Translations under genes and position numbers: made by a program
Notes under the pieces: generated by a model
What the model was told of the DNA's origin: nothing
Seen by the model: the letters and a program-made list of their open reading frames with translations, nothing else
Databases searched by the model: none
Shown: piece by piece, positions 1 through 22,130 of the stretch
Layout of the letters: each line of letters opens with the position of its first letter
How positions within the stretch are numbered: the stretch's first letter is position 1
Source: the human T2T-CHM13v2.0 reference genome, Homo sapiens
Strand: one strand, 5' to 3'
DNA length: 64,000 nt
Assembly: GCF_009914755.1 (NCBI RefSeq)
Contig: NC_060928.1

Positions 1-52
1 TCCATAAATATATACAATTGTTATTAGTTGATTAAAAATAAAATATAAAAAA
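1..52 (+). mobile_element. 3' terminal fragment of an old L1M (L1MA-like) with A-rich tail, cut by the window edge
   Basis: CCATAAATATATACAATTGTTATTAGTTGATTAAAAATAAAA resembles the L1MA 3' terminus. Confidence 0.55.
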
Positions 53-505
53 CTGAACCAAGCTAAGACAAAATATATAAACAAAATTTTCTTCAAAGCA
101 GGAAAAAACTTCATTGAAACATATATACACATATACACCAAGGAAACATTGAAATATTTACTTCCTAAGTTATCCTTTTAATTTAGATAATAAACCCTTA
201 ACAGTAATAAAGTGCTTATTTAAACTCAGGAAAGTGGCACTTAAACTTAGGAAATTATTTGTCACTCTTTCAGTTTTTGAATGAGTACAGAGAATAAATT
301 TATTGTCAATCAAATGTGTTTTGCATTGTAATAATATAGTTATCTTACACCATAATGTGCTGAAGAAAATATTGAGAATGACTGTCAGAATATTTTATAG
401 AAGTCTAGGATTTTGAAGGATTTCTGAATTCAAATCCCAAACCTTGCAACTGGCCATGTAGTATTAACTAAACATTACTGACTCTCAGTATAAAAGTGAA
501 AACTG

Positions 506-1405
506 GAGAGGAGCCAAGATGGCTGAATAGGAAGAGCTCCGGCCTACAGCTCCCAGCGTGAGCGACGCAGAAGATGGGTGATTTCTGCATTTCCATCTGA
601 GGTACCAGGTTCATCTCACTTGGGAGTGCCAGACAGTGGGCACAGGTCAGTGGGTGCGCGCACCCTGTGCGAGCCGAAGCAGGGCGAGGCATTGCCTCAC
701 TTGGGAAGCGCAAGGGGTCAGGGAGTTCCCTTTCCGAGTCAAAGAAAGGGGTGACTGACGCACCTGGAAAATCGGGTCACTCCCACCCGAATACTGCGCT
801 TTTCCGACCAGCTTAAAAAACGGCGCACCACGAGATTGTATCCCGCACCTGGCTTGGAGGGTCCTACGCCCACGGAGTCCTCTCGCTGATTGCTAGCACA
901 GCAGTCTGAGATCAAACTGCAATGTGGCAGCCAGGCTGGGGGAGGGGCGCCTGCCATTGCCCAGGCTTGCTTAGGTAAACAAAGCAGCGGGGACGCTCGA
1001 ACTGGGTGGAGCCCACCACAGCTAAAGGAGGCCTGCCGGCCTCTATAGGCTCCACCTCTGGGGGCAGGGCACAGACAAACAAAAAGACAGCAGTAACCTC
1101 TGCAGACTTAAATGTCCCTGTCTGACAGCTTTGAAGAGAGCAGTGGTTCTCCCAGCACACAGCTGGAGATCTGAGAATGGGCAGACTGCCTCCTCAAGTG
1201 GGTCCCTGACCCCCAAGCAGCCTACCTGGGAGGCACCCCCCAGCAAGGGCACACTGACACCTCACACGGCCAGGTACTCCAACAGACCTGCAGCTGAGGG
1301 TCCTGTCTGTTAGAAGGAAAACTAACAAACAGAAAGGACATCCACACCAAAAACCCATCTGTACATCACCATCATCAAAGACCAAAAGTAGATAAAACCA
1401 CAAAG
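506..1405 (+). promoter_or_regulatory. L1 5'UTR internal sense promoter and antisense promoter region; YY1 motif CAAGATGGC at 515-523
   Basis: CpG-rich L1 5'UTR recognisable end to end; promoter function is established for this element class but not shown for this copy. Confidence 0.75.
739..957 (-). CDS. ORF0: Primate L1 antisense ORF0, intact, 72 aa
   Basis: MAGAPPPAWLPHCSLISDCCASNQREDSVGVGPS...RCVSHPFL matches the 71-aa ORF0 plus one inserted codon; Kozak GGGCAATGG. Confidence 0.85.
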   Translation of the reverse strand: MAGAPPPAWLPHCSLISDCCASNQREDSVGVGPSKPGAGYNLVVRRFLSWSEKRSIRVGVTRFSRCVSHPFL

Positions 1406-2403
1406 ATGGGGAAAAAACAGAACAGAAAAACTGCAAACTCTAAAAAATAGAGCGCCTCTCCTCCTCCAAAGGAACGCAGTTCCTCACCAGCAATGGAACA
1501 AAGCTGGATGGAGAATGACTTTGACGAGCTGAGAGAAGAAGGCTTCAGACGATCAAATTACTCTGAGCTACGGGAGGACATTCAAACCAAAGGCAAAGAA
1601 GTTGAAAACTTTGAAAAAAATTTAGAAGAATGTATAACTAGAATAACCAATACAGAGAAGTGCTTAAAGGAGCTGATGGAGCTGAAAACCAAGGCTCAAG
1701 AACTACGTGAAGAATGCAGAAGCCTCAGGAGCTGATGTGATCAACTGGAAGAAAGGGTATCAGCGATGGAAGATGAAATGAATGAAATGAAGCGAGAAGG
1801 GAAGTTTAGAGAAAAAAGAATAAAAAGAAATGAGAAAGCCTCCAAGAAATATGGGACTATGTGAAAAGACCAAATCTACGTCTGATTAGGGTACCTGAAA
1901 GCGATGGGGAGAATGGAACCAAGTTAGAAAAAACTCTGCAGGATATTATCCAGGAGAACTTCCCCAATCTAGCAAGGCAGGCCAACGTTCAGATTCAGGA
2001 AATACAGAGAACACCACAAAGATATTCCTCGAGAAGAGCAACTCCAAGACACATAATTGTCAGATTCACCAAAGTTGAAATGAAGGAAAAAATGTTAAGG
2101 GCAGCCAGAGAGAAAGGTCGGGTTACCCTCAAAGGGAAGCCCATCAGACTAACAGCGGATCTCTCGGCAGAAACCCTGCAAGCCAGAAGAGAGTGGGGGC
2201 CAATATTCAACATTCTTAAAGAAAAGAATTTTCAACCCAGAATTTCATATCCAGCCAAACTAAGCTTCATAAGCGAAGGAGAAATAAAATACTTGACAGA
2301 CAAGCAAATGCTGAGAGATTTTGTCACCACCAGGCCCAAGGAAGCACTAAACATGGAAAGGAACAACCAGTACCAGCCACTGCAAAATCATGCCAAAATG
2401 TAA
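1406..2403 (+). pseudogene. L1 ORF1p, disabled
   Basis: ATG at 1406; TAG at 1448-1450; TGA at 1733-1735; frameshift near 1834; in-frame loss of ALKELL near 2336 (TTRPKEALN vs TTRPALKELLKEALN in L1 #2). Confidence 0.93.
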
Positions 2404-2439
2404 AGACCATCGAGACTAGGAAGAAACTGCATCAACTAA

Positions 2440-6291
<3,852 letters not shown>

Positions 6292-8250
6292 ACAATGAGA
6301 TCACATGGACACAGGAAGGGGAATATCACACCCTGGGGACTGTTGTGGGGTGGGAGGAGCGGGGAGAGATAGCATTGGGAGATATACCTAATGCTAGATG
6401 ACGAGTTAGTGGGTGTAGCGCACCAGCATGGCACAGGTATACATATGTAACTAACCTACACAATGTGCACATGTACCCTAAAACTTAAAGTATAATAAAA
6501 AAAAAATTAAATTAAATTAAATTAAAAAAAAGTGAAAACTGAAAAATGCTAAGTATAGAATTAAATAGATAATATATAACCTATTTTTAGATAAGTCTAC
6601 TTGTTAGGTGTCTAAATAAATTACAACCCATTTAGGACCTACTTATCTTAATATATTCATAAGGGTGAGTTTGTTTATTATCCACAATATCTGATTCAGA
6701 AGTGATCCTTATCCTCGTCCATGGCACCTTACAGCTACATTAAAGCAATTTCTTGCTTATAGATTGGGCTGCTTGGATAGACTAAAAACTCCTTGTAAGC
6801 AGTAACTTTCTTAATCATTTTGGTACTGTAAGCACTTTTTTTGTAGCATTTACAAGTGCTCAATAACTGTTTCTTGGCTTTAGTTAAAAAGCCACAACTG
6901 ATTCTTCAGTGATTTGAAACTCCTAGGCAGATAGTTTAAAAACCCTTTAAAACTTCAGGAACTTTCTAAGAAACAACCAGAGGAGCAATCCCAACCAAAC
7001 CAAACCAAATAAAATCAGAACATCTGTGTTCTATTATAATTTATTCCCAGAAAAGTGGTTGCCTCATCTGTACTGAATATAAAGGGGTCTCCTGGCTGGT
7101 TCTTCAGAGAATTAAAAAGTTCTACTTCTAGATGACCTGAAGGGAAGGTCAGTAGAGTTGATGAGGTTATTTTAAGACATATTAATATAAAGTAATTTGG
7201 AAATATTCAGAAGAAGATGACAAGGACAACCCCAGGTTGTAGAGGAGAGGACTGGGTTGGACATTCAGATTGCATTATTACATGAGCTTTAAATGTCTTG
7301 TTAGTACTGTTAAAATTTTTTATGCATTTGGGTAGATTTGCCTACAGTATACTATCACTATAACTAGTATATTTATTCAATTAATTTCCAAGTGCAAATA
7401 GTGATAACACAGCCATTTTATCAGGGATAAACATATTATTTAAAGAACACACACCTTAACCTAATCATTTGAGTTAATCATTACTCCTGAATTCCTATTA
7501 CTTGTTATGCTGAATATAAATTTTCATAGATGAAAACTCTTACATAGTGTAAGTTCCTAAAAGTACAAATGCATAATTCTCCACCAGAGAATGAAAACAT
7601 TGCTATACAAAATCCATCTGACCTTTAGTTTTAGATAAACAGAAGCTACTACCTGTGTGCAGAATAGACAAGGAGATTCAATGGGAACCTCCTCCTGTAC
7701 AGCCCAACTGAACAACTGCCAGCACAAGCAGAAAAGCAGATCTCTTTTCTATCCTCTGTACTCCTAGGACTTGAATTTGAAGGTCTACCATCTGCATGTG
7801 CCTCTTAAGTCCTGGATTTATCACTCCAGGCACCTTCATATACAAACAGGTGGAACTGAGTTCAAAATGCGAAAGCTTTCCCTTCCAACAATCAGAAGTG
7901 GTAGATGTGCTGATTCAGTGGAGAATACGTATTTACACATACACAAATGTGTGTTTACTCAAAAAATTGTTTACATATCATATAGGACAGGTTTGGTAGT
8001 TCAGCAGTTCAGGAAAAGGGGTACTACCATATTCTTTGTATTTATTTCAAGGGTTTAAAGTTTAAAAAGTCACCTAACTCCAAGAATTTTTCCCTGGGGT
8101 TGATGATAACTCTTAAAATTGGAAAACCTATCCCCTTTATTATAGACATTAGGTTCATTGTGGCCAAAAAATAAATAAATAAATAAACTTATGATTAGAG
8201 CCGTCTCTAAAGAAGGTAATGATTCATTTAAGTTTTTAAAAATGCTATTA

Positions 8251-8481
8251 GACCATCCTGGCTAACACAGTGAAACCCCGTCTCTACTAAAAATACAAAA
8301 GCAAAATTAGCTGGGAGTGGTGACGGGTGCCTGTAGTCCCAGCTACTCAGGAGGCTGAGGCAGGAGAATGGCGTGACCCGGGAGGCGGAGCTTGCAGTGA
8401 GCCGAGATCGCACCACTGCACTCCAGCCTGGGCAACAGAGCGAGAATCTGTCTCGGAAAAAAAAAAAAAAAAAAAAAAAAA
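8251..8481 (+). mobile_element. 5'-truncated AluY
   Basis: GACCATCCTGGCTAACAC, GGAGAATGGCGTG, GGAGCTTGCAGTG diagnostics; long poly(A); TSD AAAAATGCTATTA / AAAAAGGCTATTA. Confidence 0.93.
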
Positions 8482-10492
8482 GGCTATTAAATGAATTAAC
8501 AGTATATCTGACTAGTCATTTAATAGTAAGTGATAGCAATTATAATGTTTTATTTATTTATGGTTTCTTCTTTCTAAAAGAAATACACAAATAAAATTTG
8601 GTTTATTCACTTATAAATAAATAAATATAGTGAATTTGTCATAATTTGTCATATATAAACTCTATATGATGACATGTTAATCTGTCTCTTTAAAATATTA
8701 GAATATTTTTATTTCTATGATAATACTTTCCAGGTTTATTATAAGAATTAAATAAGATCAGTATAAAACACACAGTACAGCATCTGGGATATAATCTGTT
8801 AAAAATAGTAGCTATTAGATGATTACAAAAACATAATTTCAGTAAGAAATTATTATATCTACTTTTATAAAAATAATTGTCTTACTGAGTCTTTAAAACT
8901 TTACCTTCTTACTAAAATAATCTATGAAAACTAAAGAAAGTTAGCATTTTACCATGTAGCAACTGTATAATTATACAATTATATTTGATGAATCAAAAAC
9001 TGAAAATAAGAATCTGTGATGCTGAAAATAGTTTTGTAAAGTTTGGTTAGACATTAAAGATTAATAAAATAAATGTGAATATTTTATCTAAAAATTTCTT
9101 TAGTCTATTATAAAGTGGGAAAAAACAAAACTTTAGGTACACAGATTCGTGTGACATTTACAGAAGAAACAGGGACAGGCCCTGACCACAAAGCCAGAAA
9201 TAGACTACATGTTAAGTCTGTTGGAACTGAACAAATATTCCTTTTCCATTGCTCTCAAAACAAGGGAAGGTCCCTGTCAAAGAACTAACATGGTATTACT
9301 GACCAGGTGGACCTTGTCCTCAACAAAACTTATAAAATCTTGGAGTCAGTGAGAGCTCATGTCTAAATACTTCTCTGATCGACCTAGGACACTAGATGGT
9401 CTGAAAAAACAGCATTGAAATAAAATTATTTCAAAGTGTTTACATCACAAAAGACTAAACTTTTTAAATTGCTCCATTAATTATTTGTATTAAAAAGGAA
9501 TAATCAAGAACCTATTTCAAACTTTACTGAAAGCATTCTCTTATCACTGTGAATAGACAGAGCCCTTTGTCCCAGAGTCCATTAGGCTCAACAAGAGAGC
9601 TGATGGCACATTAAATAGCCACCAGTTTGATTTCTCACTTCCAAACAAGAAACATGAATACTAGGGAGTGTACATGTCCTATTAGGTATCACACAATTCA
9701 TTACTGGAAGATCCAAGTCTAAATCTCAAATATATTTATTCCATGAACTCCAAGAATGCCCCAAAATATTCTCAGTTCTATGTATCAATGGGACCGCATA
9801 TGCGTTCAAAGTTTTGTTATGGTCTTCTTGGCTTTGTTTTATTTGTTAAATGATGTCAATGATAATTTTTTACAACGTAAAGTTAAAGATAAAATCAATT
9901 CCCTAGAAAAGGAAGAAATGAAATCATAAGCAGCAATTTCTTCCCAGCTCTCTGCAGAAATGGATGATGCTCAGAGACAGATAATTACACCCAATAGTTT
10001 AGTTTTCTGAGCCCAAATTTACTTGCTAGTAATCTGAAACTCTCTCTTTCCCTATAATGGATCTGGAGAAATTTGCACACTATATCATTGTAATTATTAC
10101 TATTTTAAAATTTATAAGTATCTAGCATGTGCACATTATACCATGAGTCTCCTAAATTTGTTAGAGGCCATAATTACATTATCATTTTATTATTATTATC
10201 TTTCTTTAAGGATAGTGATTTTTGTCAAATACATGAGCATACTGATTTCATTTATTTTGTTTTACTTATTACAAGTATGTGACCAAAGAGAAGAGAGAGT
10301 TGTTAAAATATACATAAAAGCTAATAAAAAGTTGTGTTGTTTTAATTTTTCTCATGAATACTATTAACCATTTAGCAACAACTTCATCATGTATACCAGT
10401 GAATCCACATAACTGAACTGGCTTTTCAGGTCAGTAAATATGCTCTCTTAGAAAATGTTTACTTCGGGTTTACTTAGAAAATGTTTTACAAG

Positions 10493-14385
<3,893 letters not shown>

Positions 14386-15502
14386 ATTTCAGTTTTTATG
14401 TATTAACCTTGTATATTAACTAGTATAGATGGATGAATAATATGAAGATTCTCTAAGTATGAAGGGAAATGTATACCAATGCTAGCAATAATCATTGTGG
14501 GGCAAAGTAGCAATCAAGGTTCAGTAGTGAGGGGCTGGCATAGACAAACTATGGTTAGGTGCCATTTTTGTTGCTTTCAAGTACAGTAGGAATATTTTAT
14601 GTTCTAGTATCCATATTACAATGGATATGGATCTGAATCTTATTTACATTTAGCACATATGCAAATAAGATTAGTTTTAATCACAAATATGTAAAAAAGA
14701 ATTGGCTAGAAAAACAGAAAAATCAGATAACCAGTAAAAATAGTTAATACCTTCTCCTATAAATGAGAAAGGTATGGAATTTGTGACATTAAACTGAATA
14801 TGTGCATATAATTTGACATATGAACATCAACAGGATTTTCATTATTTTCTTCAATTTATGAAAGCCAAAAATATTTTGGGAATATGATTTTGTAAAAAAT
14901 TTAAAAATTAATGTTAAAATCACTCTCTCATATTTGAATATTAATATTTTTAATCTTAAAATGTACATTATGGCATTGAAGAGTCTATTTTATATGGACT
15001 CAAGCCATCCTTATAAATCAAAGAGCAAATGGTTTTACCTTCACAATCTTCTGTTCATGGTAGCAAGTACAAGGTGAGAGAAGTGTACATTAACATCTAT
15101 ATTTCTGGAGTATTAAGGACTTTTGAGGAGCTTTTTAATGTACACTCTCCAGTAATACCATGAATGCTTTCAGAAACTTTCTAAAGAGAAATAAAGCCTA
15201 AGAAATTTGCAATATACTAATTACTATAGATAATGCATAGCTTCACATTTATCAGTCAAATTTTCTGTACAATATTTGTCCTTATATTTAACAATTTTCA
15301 GAGACATTGAGTACTATATTTGACATTTTATTGGAACATTTAGTACTGGGTAGACTTACAGGGTTTAAAGAATCATTGCTCTATGTTTTTATATAAGTAA
15401 AGTAGTAAGAGAATGGCTTGTTGGTGTCATTTAAAATTTACACAATATTTTTCAATGAGATGTGGCTTTCTAAGAAAAACATATACAATACTTAGCTAAT
15501 TA

Positions 15503-15954
<452 letters not shown>

Positions 15955-17099
15955 TTACACAAGTAGTATGTTATTCGGGCTTGACTAAGAATACAAAATA
16001 TTGTGGTTCCACCAGTGTAGAAGATATTAATTCTAATAATTACAGAAGAATCTAATTTATAATTTTATGATGCCCAGGGCATAATTTTTAAATGGAAGAC
16101 AACAAACCCATGAGTTTCTCTTGAACATGTGCCCAACTATTTAATAATTTTTGACTAAATATATACTTTTAAAAATTTTTATTTTAAAATAAATAGCATT
16201 TAAGTAACTTTTAAATAAAGAGATACTTTTTAAATAGTAAGAGTTTTATTATTACCATTATTTAAAATAGAGAAACATAAATAAATATATTATCGCTATT
16301 AGGATTTTTCTCTTTTTCCCTCATCTCTAGGGACATAAAATATGTAGGATAGTCTATGAACCTACAAAGTCATCCAAAAGATTGATAGATTTTGTTAGAT
16401 TCATTCCAACTGCTTTTCCTCTGGTTCCTAACCTGTTAGCAAAATCAAAGTTGATTTCACACAGTATGTGCTGCTTCCCACTTACATAGCAGGGGGAATT
16501 TATGTTCCAGAAAACCTTTGGTGAAAGTTGGATTTAACCTCACAGCAGCAGTAGGTTGAAATTAGACCCTTAAATAAACAGAGTTATATCTTGGCCAAAA
16601 AAGAAACCCTCCGAGAAGATTTGTAAATGCTTTAAATTTATCTTTAAGGAGGACACCAAAGCTGAGGATTCAGAAACAAAAAACACAGCTCAGTTGTGAT
16701 TCACATCAGCCATAAAAAATGAACAGGGACAAGGACTGGGCAAGAAGGAGACCCATTGGGTATACCCTGTTCAAACACCACTTCCCAGTACTGTCACTTT
16801 GCAAAGCTTTTATAATAGCACACCATCAGGAGAAGGAAAATGGCCATGTCATAGATCACAGATCAGTGACAACATGGACAGGACTAAAGGCGTGGTGACA
16901 GATTCCTTGCTTCTGCAATGATTTAGAAAAATAAAAATCTCACAGTATTACAGCTTTCTTAGGCAAGCTCCGAATTATGAAATGTGTGTGTGTCTACAAA
17001 TTATATAAAAGACTAGCTGTACATGTTACTTTCTTTATCTGTTAGATTTTTAGAAGACACAAGTAAGAGTGCATGAAATTATTTCAGGCATAAAACAAG

Positions 17100-17640
17100 A
17101 AGCAATTATTACTCACTTTTACAACTGCTATAAATGAGAAATAAAGAGGTCAATAGAAATTGAAATGAGGAAGTTTGTTTAATTTTGGAAGTTAGGGAAG
17201 ATTCTTCTAGGTATATAATATCTAAATAGATATCACAAAGATCATTTGTTATTCAGGTGAAGAATGAGGGCAGGAATTTATCAGACAGTGGGACTAGCAT
17301 GTGTGAAAATCAAGGAGTGTGGCAAAAGCATGCTGGCTTCACATAACTGAATCACAGGAGGCCCATATGTGTGAGGCTTGGAGGGTAAGGGAAACAGTGA
17401 TAAGAAAGGAGGCTTAGGAGGGAAGCAGGTGACAGTCTATGCAATTTCTGACAGCTACGTTAATGCTTTTGAACTTTTTTTTACTAAGTTCAATAGGATT
17501 GCATTGAAGAGTTGCATAAGAAGACTGATACGATAAGATTTTCTTTGAGAAAGCTTACTCTGACTGGTGATTGGAGAATGAATTGGGGTGGGCAAGAGAG
17601 AAAACAGTGAGTACAGTTAGGAGATGAGACAATCCATTCC
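17100..17640 (-). mobile_element. L2 fragment
   Basis: Degenerate purine-rich L2 3'-region pattern (e.g. GAGAAAGCTTACTCTGACTGGTGATTGGAGAATGAATTGG). Confidence 0.6.
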
Positions 17641-17659
17641 TTTTTATTATAAGATCTTT

Positions 17660-18500
17660 GATTTTGTCTAGAGTAACAATTTGCCCAGCCAAAGAGATAT
17701 AAATAGAGATTACTGAGTGGAACATTTGGGGGAAATTTTACAGTAAAGAGGGTTTGCTATCATTTGAATGTATTTGTCTCTCTAAAATTCATATGTTGGA
17801 ACTTAAAGCCAAAGGTGTTGGTTTTGAGAGGTGAGGGTTTGGGGAATTGTCCAGGCCATGAGGGCTCCACCCTCATGAATAGGATTAATGCTCTTATAAA
17901 AGAGGATTCAGAGAGCTGCCAACACCTTCCATCTCCCCTGCCATGTGAGGACACAACAAGAGGCGGCATCTATGAAACAGAAAGAGAGCTTTCACCAGAC
18001 ACTACATCTGTTGGTGCCTTGATCTTGAACTTTCCATCTTCTAAAACAGTGAAAAAATAAATTCCTGATATTTGTAATTTACCCAGCCTGTGGTATTTTG
18101 CGATAGCATTACAAATGGATTAAGGCAGGATTAGATTTAGCAAGCACCCCCACATTTGGTACTTTGGTCTTCCCTTCTTCCTTTTGGAATATGGACTTGA
18201 TTACTGGAGCTCATGTTCATGATATAGCCATGAGGAAAGAATCTCAGTATAGCAGATCAAAGATGACAGGCAAAGAGCTGAAGGAAACCCAGGTTCCCAG
18301 TGGCACGAAGGAGCCATATATGAGCTCTGGATAATCTAACTCTAGGTTCTTTATTTTATAAGGAAAATAACCTACTAATTAGTTTAAGCCACTGTTTGGT
18401 AGAGTTTTATATTCTGAGCAGACAAATCTAATCTTAATTTATGCAAATTTAGTGCTGGAGTTAGGTACTGAAAGCAACAGAACCAAAAATGTGAAGTTGG
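17660..18500 (+). mobile_element. Older MaLR LTR (MLT1J/K-like) plus start of internal sequence, split by MLT1A0
   Basis: GTTTAAGCCACTG...CTAATCTTAATTTATGCA LTR end at about 18445, followed by internal-like sequence. Confidence 0.5.
17755..18127 (+). mobile_element. MaLR solo LTR, MLT1A0-like
   Basis: TG...CA termini; CCCTCATGAATAGGATTAATGCTCTTATAAAAGAG, CCATGTGAGGACAC, GCCTTGATCTTGAACTT, AATAAA; possible 5-bp TSD GGGTT/GGATT. Confidence 0.88.
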
Positions 18501-18987
18501 TTCAGTATACATATCAAACCACTGTGGGCCCAAAAGATTTCTTATAAACTTTGTTCTGCAGCTCTATTTGGGACACAGTCTGTGGACTGTAGTTTTAGGG
18601 AAAATGATAGGTAAAATCCGGAATTTGGTATATACTTGTTTTTGAGCTTGAAAAGGTCCTGAAAGAAGAAATGAGCCCTGACTGGAGCTTGCCAACTTGC
18701 AAATAAACATGGAAGAAAAGAGTGGTTTGTTAAGAGAGACATTCCACTCCTGAATCCAAAAACCTCCAACATAAGATTCCTGAGTACACCCAAATTTGGA
18801 AACTGGCAGAGTTGACAAAGACAGTTACATCTACACCTCTCTTCCCTTAAAGCTTATTGCAGTAAGAAAGCTTTTTTAAGAAGGAGGTAGTTATCAATAT
18901 TGACAGTACTGTCAACCACACAGACTCACATTACACATCCACCTACCCACATGCCCACTAAAGGTGAGACCTAAAATATAGTCTATT

Positions 18988-20090
18988 GGAAACTTCTAGT
19001 TAAAGATGGCGGATTTAGCGTATGCATTTAACTTATACTGTCTCCCAAATCCTTAATTTAAAAAGTCAATGAGGACAAAGAGAACAGGAAAGAAAACAAT
19101 ACATTTTGAAAGGTGGAAACCAGATGGATGAACGTGGAAAGCAAAAAAATAAAATAGAAGCTACTAATAAATCTTTGGCAGACATTCGGGAAAGCCAGAA
19201 AGCAACTGCAGAATTCTCTGTATCTTTAGGAATTGGTGGCACTAGATATTTTTAGACATGAGAGTACAGATGGAATTAAAAATTGGAGATAGGTTTAAAG
19301 TCAATTTAGGAAGTTGTTTAACACTTTACTCCATAGCTGGAAATGCCCTTCACCATCTTGGCAGGAAACAAAGCTCATTCTCTGAAATGACTCTTTGTAC
19401 TTGGGGATATAGGGCAGTGTGCAGGGTGGGAATTTTGTATCAAAAATAGAAAACTAAGTAAAATCTTACATGCTGAATATTGAGATTTCCAGCATTCTGC
19501 CAAAGCTTGTCCCTGAAAATCTAGGCAGCTCTGTGACTATTTTCTAAAGTACAAAAAAAGAAAAAAGAAAAAAAAAGAAAGAAAGAACGATCTCTGGAGA
19601 ATCTGACAGCTCAGGGTGGAAACCTAAATTTATGACAATAAAATTCTCCAATAGTAAAGGCCAGGCAGACAATACTGCAGCAGTAACCACAGATGGTACT
19701 CTCCACCATGCACCCAGAACTACTAGCTTTTTTATACACCACTCTTAAATAAAAGCAGAGAATCAAGGGTCACTCAGACATTTGATAAAAGCAATTAATA
19801 TGAAAGACAGGGAATAAAACAAACAAAAAGCAACAGGGTGAAGAAAACTTTATTTGTTCTCGGGGCTTAAGAGAAAAAATGCAGTAATGAAAGAAGATCA
19901 GGATACTATAAAAAGGAAAATTAGAGAAAAGGCACCTTAGAAATTAAACATATGACAGCAGAAATGAAAAACTCAATGGATTGGTGAGAACATAGAATTG
20001 AGGATTTCTCCCAGAAATCAGAAGAAAATGAAATAAATAGAATATAGAAAAGACAAGGAATTTGGAGTTTCAATCCATGAGAGACGATGC
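18988..20090 (+). mobile_element. Ancient HAL1/L1ME-type 5' end with ORF1-like remnant
   Basis: ACTTCTAGTTAAAGATGGCGG start (YY1 motif); degenerate coiled-coil ORF1-like sequence at 19930-20080. Confidence 0.55.
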
Positions 20091-20389
20091 CCAAACCATA
20101 ACAGTTGAAGAAAGAATACAGCAGTATAAACCACCATATCTGCACAACTATCCTAAAAACAATATAGAGAACACTAAATAGATGACAGACATGGTATTAT
20201 AATATTTTATATATAAATAACATGCTAAGTGTAGAAACTATTATCCACAATAAAGATTTTTAAAACTATACTTGGTATCTTTATTAACTCAAATATATAG
20301 CAAAAGTAGAATTTGTGCCAGATTGTATCCGTTGTCACTGAGTTCCATGAGTTCACAATTCAGCTTACAGTGGCTTTCTTGACCCACCA

Positions 20390-21120
20390 GTGGGAAGCCT
20401 GTGAAAGTACATTTCCAGGACTTTCTTACCAAGTAGTTTCCATTAGGCTCTGATGCTGTGATGCACTTGAGGGATGTCGGAGGGATACACCCTCTGACGA
20501 GGGTGATAAGAAGGGATAAGTCTTTTCCTCCAGGCTATGGCAGTGCTTGTGATAATTACAGCTGAAGCTGCTCTGAACACGGGCTCTTAGGTAGGTTGGT
20601 TCTATCACCATCAGCTCAGCTGCACATGTAAAAATACTGAACATATTTTTCTTTGGTCACTAATTTTTCTAATAACTTACTTTCTTCTTGTTTGTCCTCC
20701 AGCTCTCTAAACATCTTTATAAGCAATTTATTTTATTTCATTTCCTCTGTTTGAAATACTCATTTTTGTTTTCTTAATTAGACCTTGACTGATAAAGACT
20801 TGGTTCCAGGAGCTATCCCAAAAAACTGAATCTTGATTATTGGGATTTAGGATATTTTGCCTAATTAAGTTTTAATGCATTCCACTACAAATGGAATATG
20901 TGATTGCTGGTATATAGTGGCAAAAAAGTTGCTTAATTATCTTCTCTGATTACCAAAGAGCCTATTGATAGCAATGTAAATGGTTACTGCAGTGTGAATA
21001 TGAATTTCTCAAACACTTGGTACAGTTGTTCCAGTCTGCACTGGAAAGTTTCAGAAAGAAAATCATAAGCTCAGGACTGTACCTTCTCAGTTTAAGACAC
21101 AGAACCAGAGCATTTCTATG
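20390..21120 (+). mobile_element. ERVL LTR (LTR33/LTR16-like) 3' part plus ERVL internal fragment
   Basis: TTCCTCTGTTTGAAATAC...GACCTTGACTGATA LTR end at about 20795, followed by TTGGTTCCAGGAG. Confidence 0.5.
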
Positions 21121-21130
21121 ATGGTTTGAG

Positions 21131-21330
21131 TAGGATTTTGCAAACTTTTTCTGTAAATGTCCAGATAATAAATATTTTAAGCTTTGTAGACAATGTGGTG
21201 GTCTCTATCACAACTACTCAACTCTGCTATTATTACTTGAAAGCAGCCACTGATAAGGAAAGCCACTGATAAAGGGATGGGTATGACAGTGTTCCAATAA
21301 AATTTTATTTACAAAAACAGGTAGCAAGGT
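21131..21330. mobile_element. MER58A-like hAT-Charlie MITE
   Basis: GCAAACTTTTTCTGTAAA..CCAGATAATAAATATTTT, CAACTACTCAACTCTGC, GTTCCAATAAAA..TTATTTACAAAAACAGG. Confidence 0.8.
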
Positions 21331-21869
21331 AAATTCTATATTATCTCATACCTCAAAACTTGGGTCCAAAATGTGATCTCATGCTTTATGAACACAGCGT
21401 GCTGCCCTCTTCAGTGTAGTCTGTATCCTCAATAAGTTCTTAGCATGTAAAATTTGATCTCTATGTTCACGCCAGTTTATTCCAAAGACTGTTGGTATAC
21501 CAACACCAAGTATGGGGCACTCTTACAAAGAGGGTATTGTCCATAGTGTCAAAAGTATTATTGTGAGAGAATGTCTTATACCATGGCGGTCTCAGCAGAG
21601 GGATTGCAGAGGTAATTTTGGGATGTGGGGATTAGAGATCAGGGAAGCATAGGTTCTGGTTTGTCAGTTGTTAGTTATGTTAGCATGCATGGCTATAGGG
21701 AACTTTTCACATATTTTTTGGTTAAAAAATTTGTGTACACTTATTAATTAAACAAATATGACTCTCATTGGCTAAGTATAATAAAATTATTGCTGAGCCA
21801 AATTCTAACTACATAATTTAAGATTATTATTGCAAATAGCTAAGTGAAAAATTCCATTCTCTATATTTT

Positions 21870-21990
21870 AGCATAGTTTCTATGTGCTATTTCAAGCACT
21901 TTACATATATTATTATAGTTTATCTTCAAAACAACCCTATAGAATAGGTACGATTATTATTCTCATTTCATAGATGAGAAAAAAGAGTGA
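21870..21990 (-). mobile_element. MIR fragment
   Basis: CAACCCTAT...ATTATTCTCATTTCATAGATGAGAAA core. Confidence 0.6.
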
Positions 21991-22130
21991 CAGGAATCTT
22001 GTGAAATCTAAACAAATTACAGTGGTAAAAATAGAGCCCTAAAAATTGTTCACATAAACTTTCTTGGATAACATTTTTAAAGTCTCAATAATTCAGGTAT
22101 AAATTTATTTGAATCTTCTAGCACTGTAAC

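Noticed and set aside
18900-18915. Perfect 16-bp palindrome TTGACAGTACTGTCAA (inverted TGACAG sites)
   Set aside because: About one such palindrome is expected by chance in 64 kb
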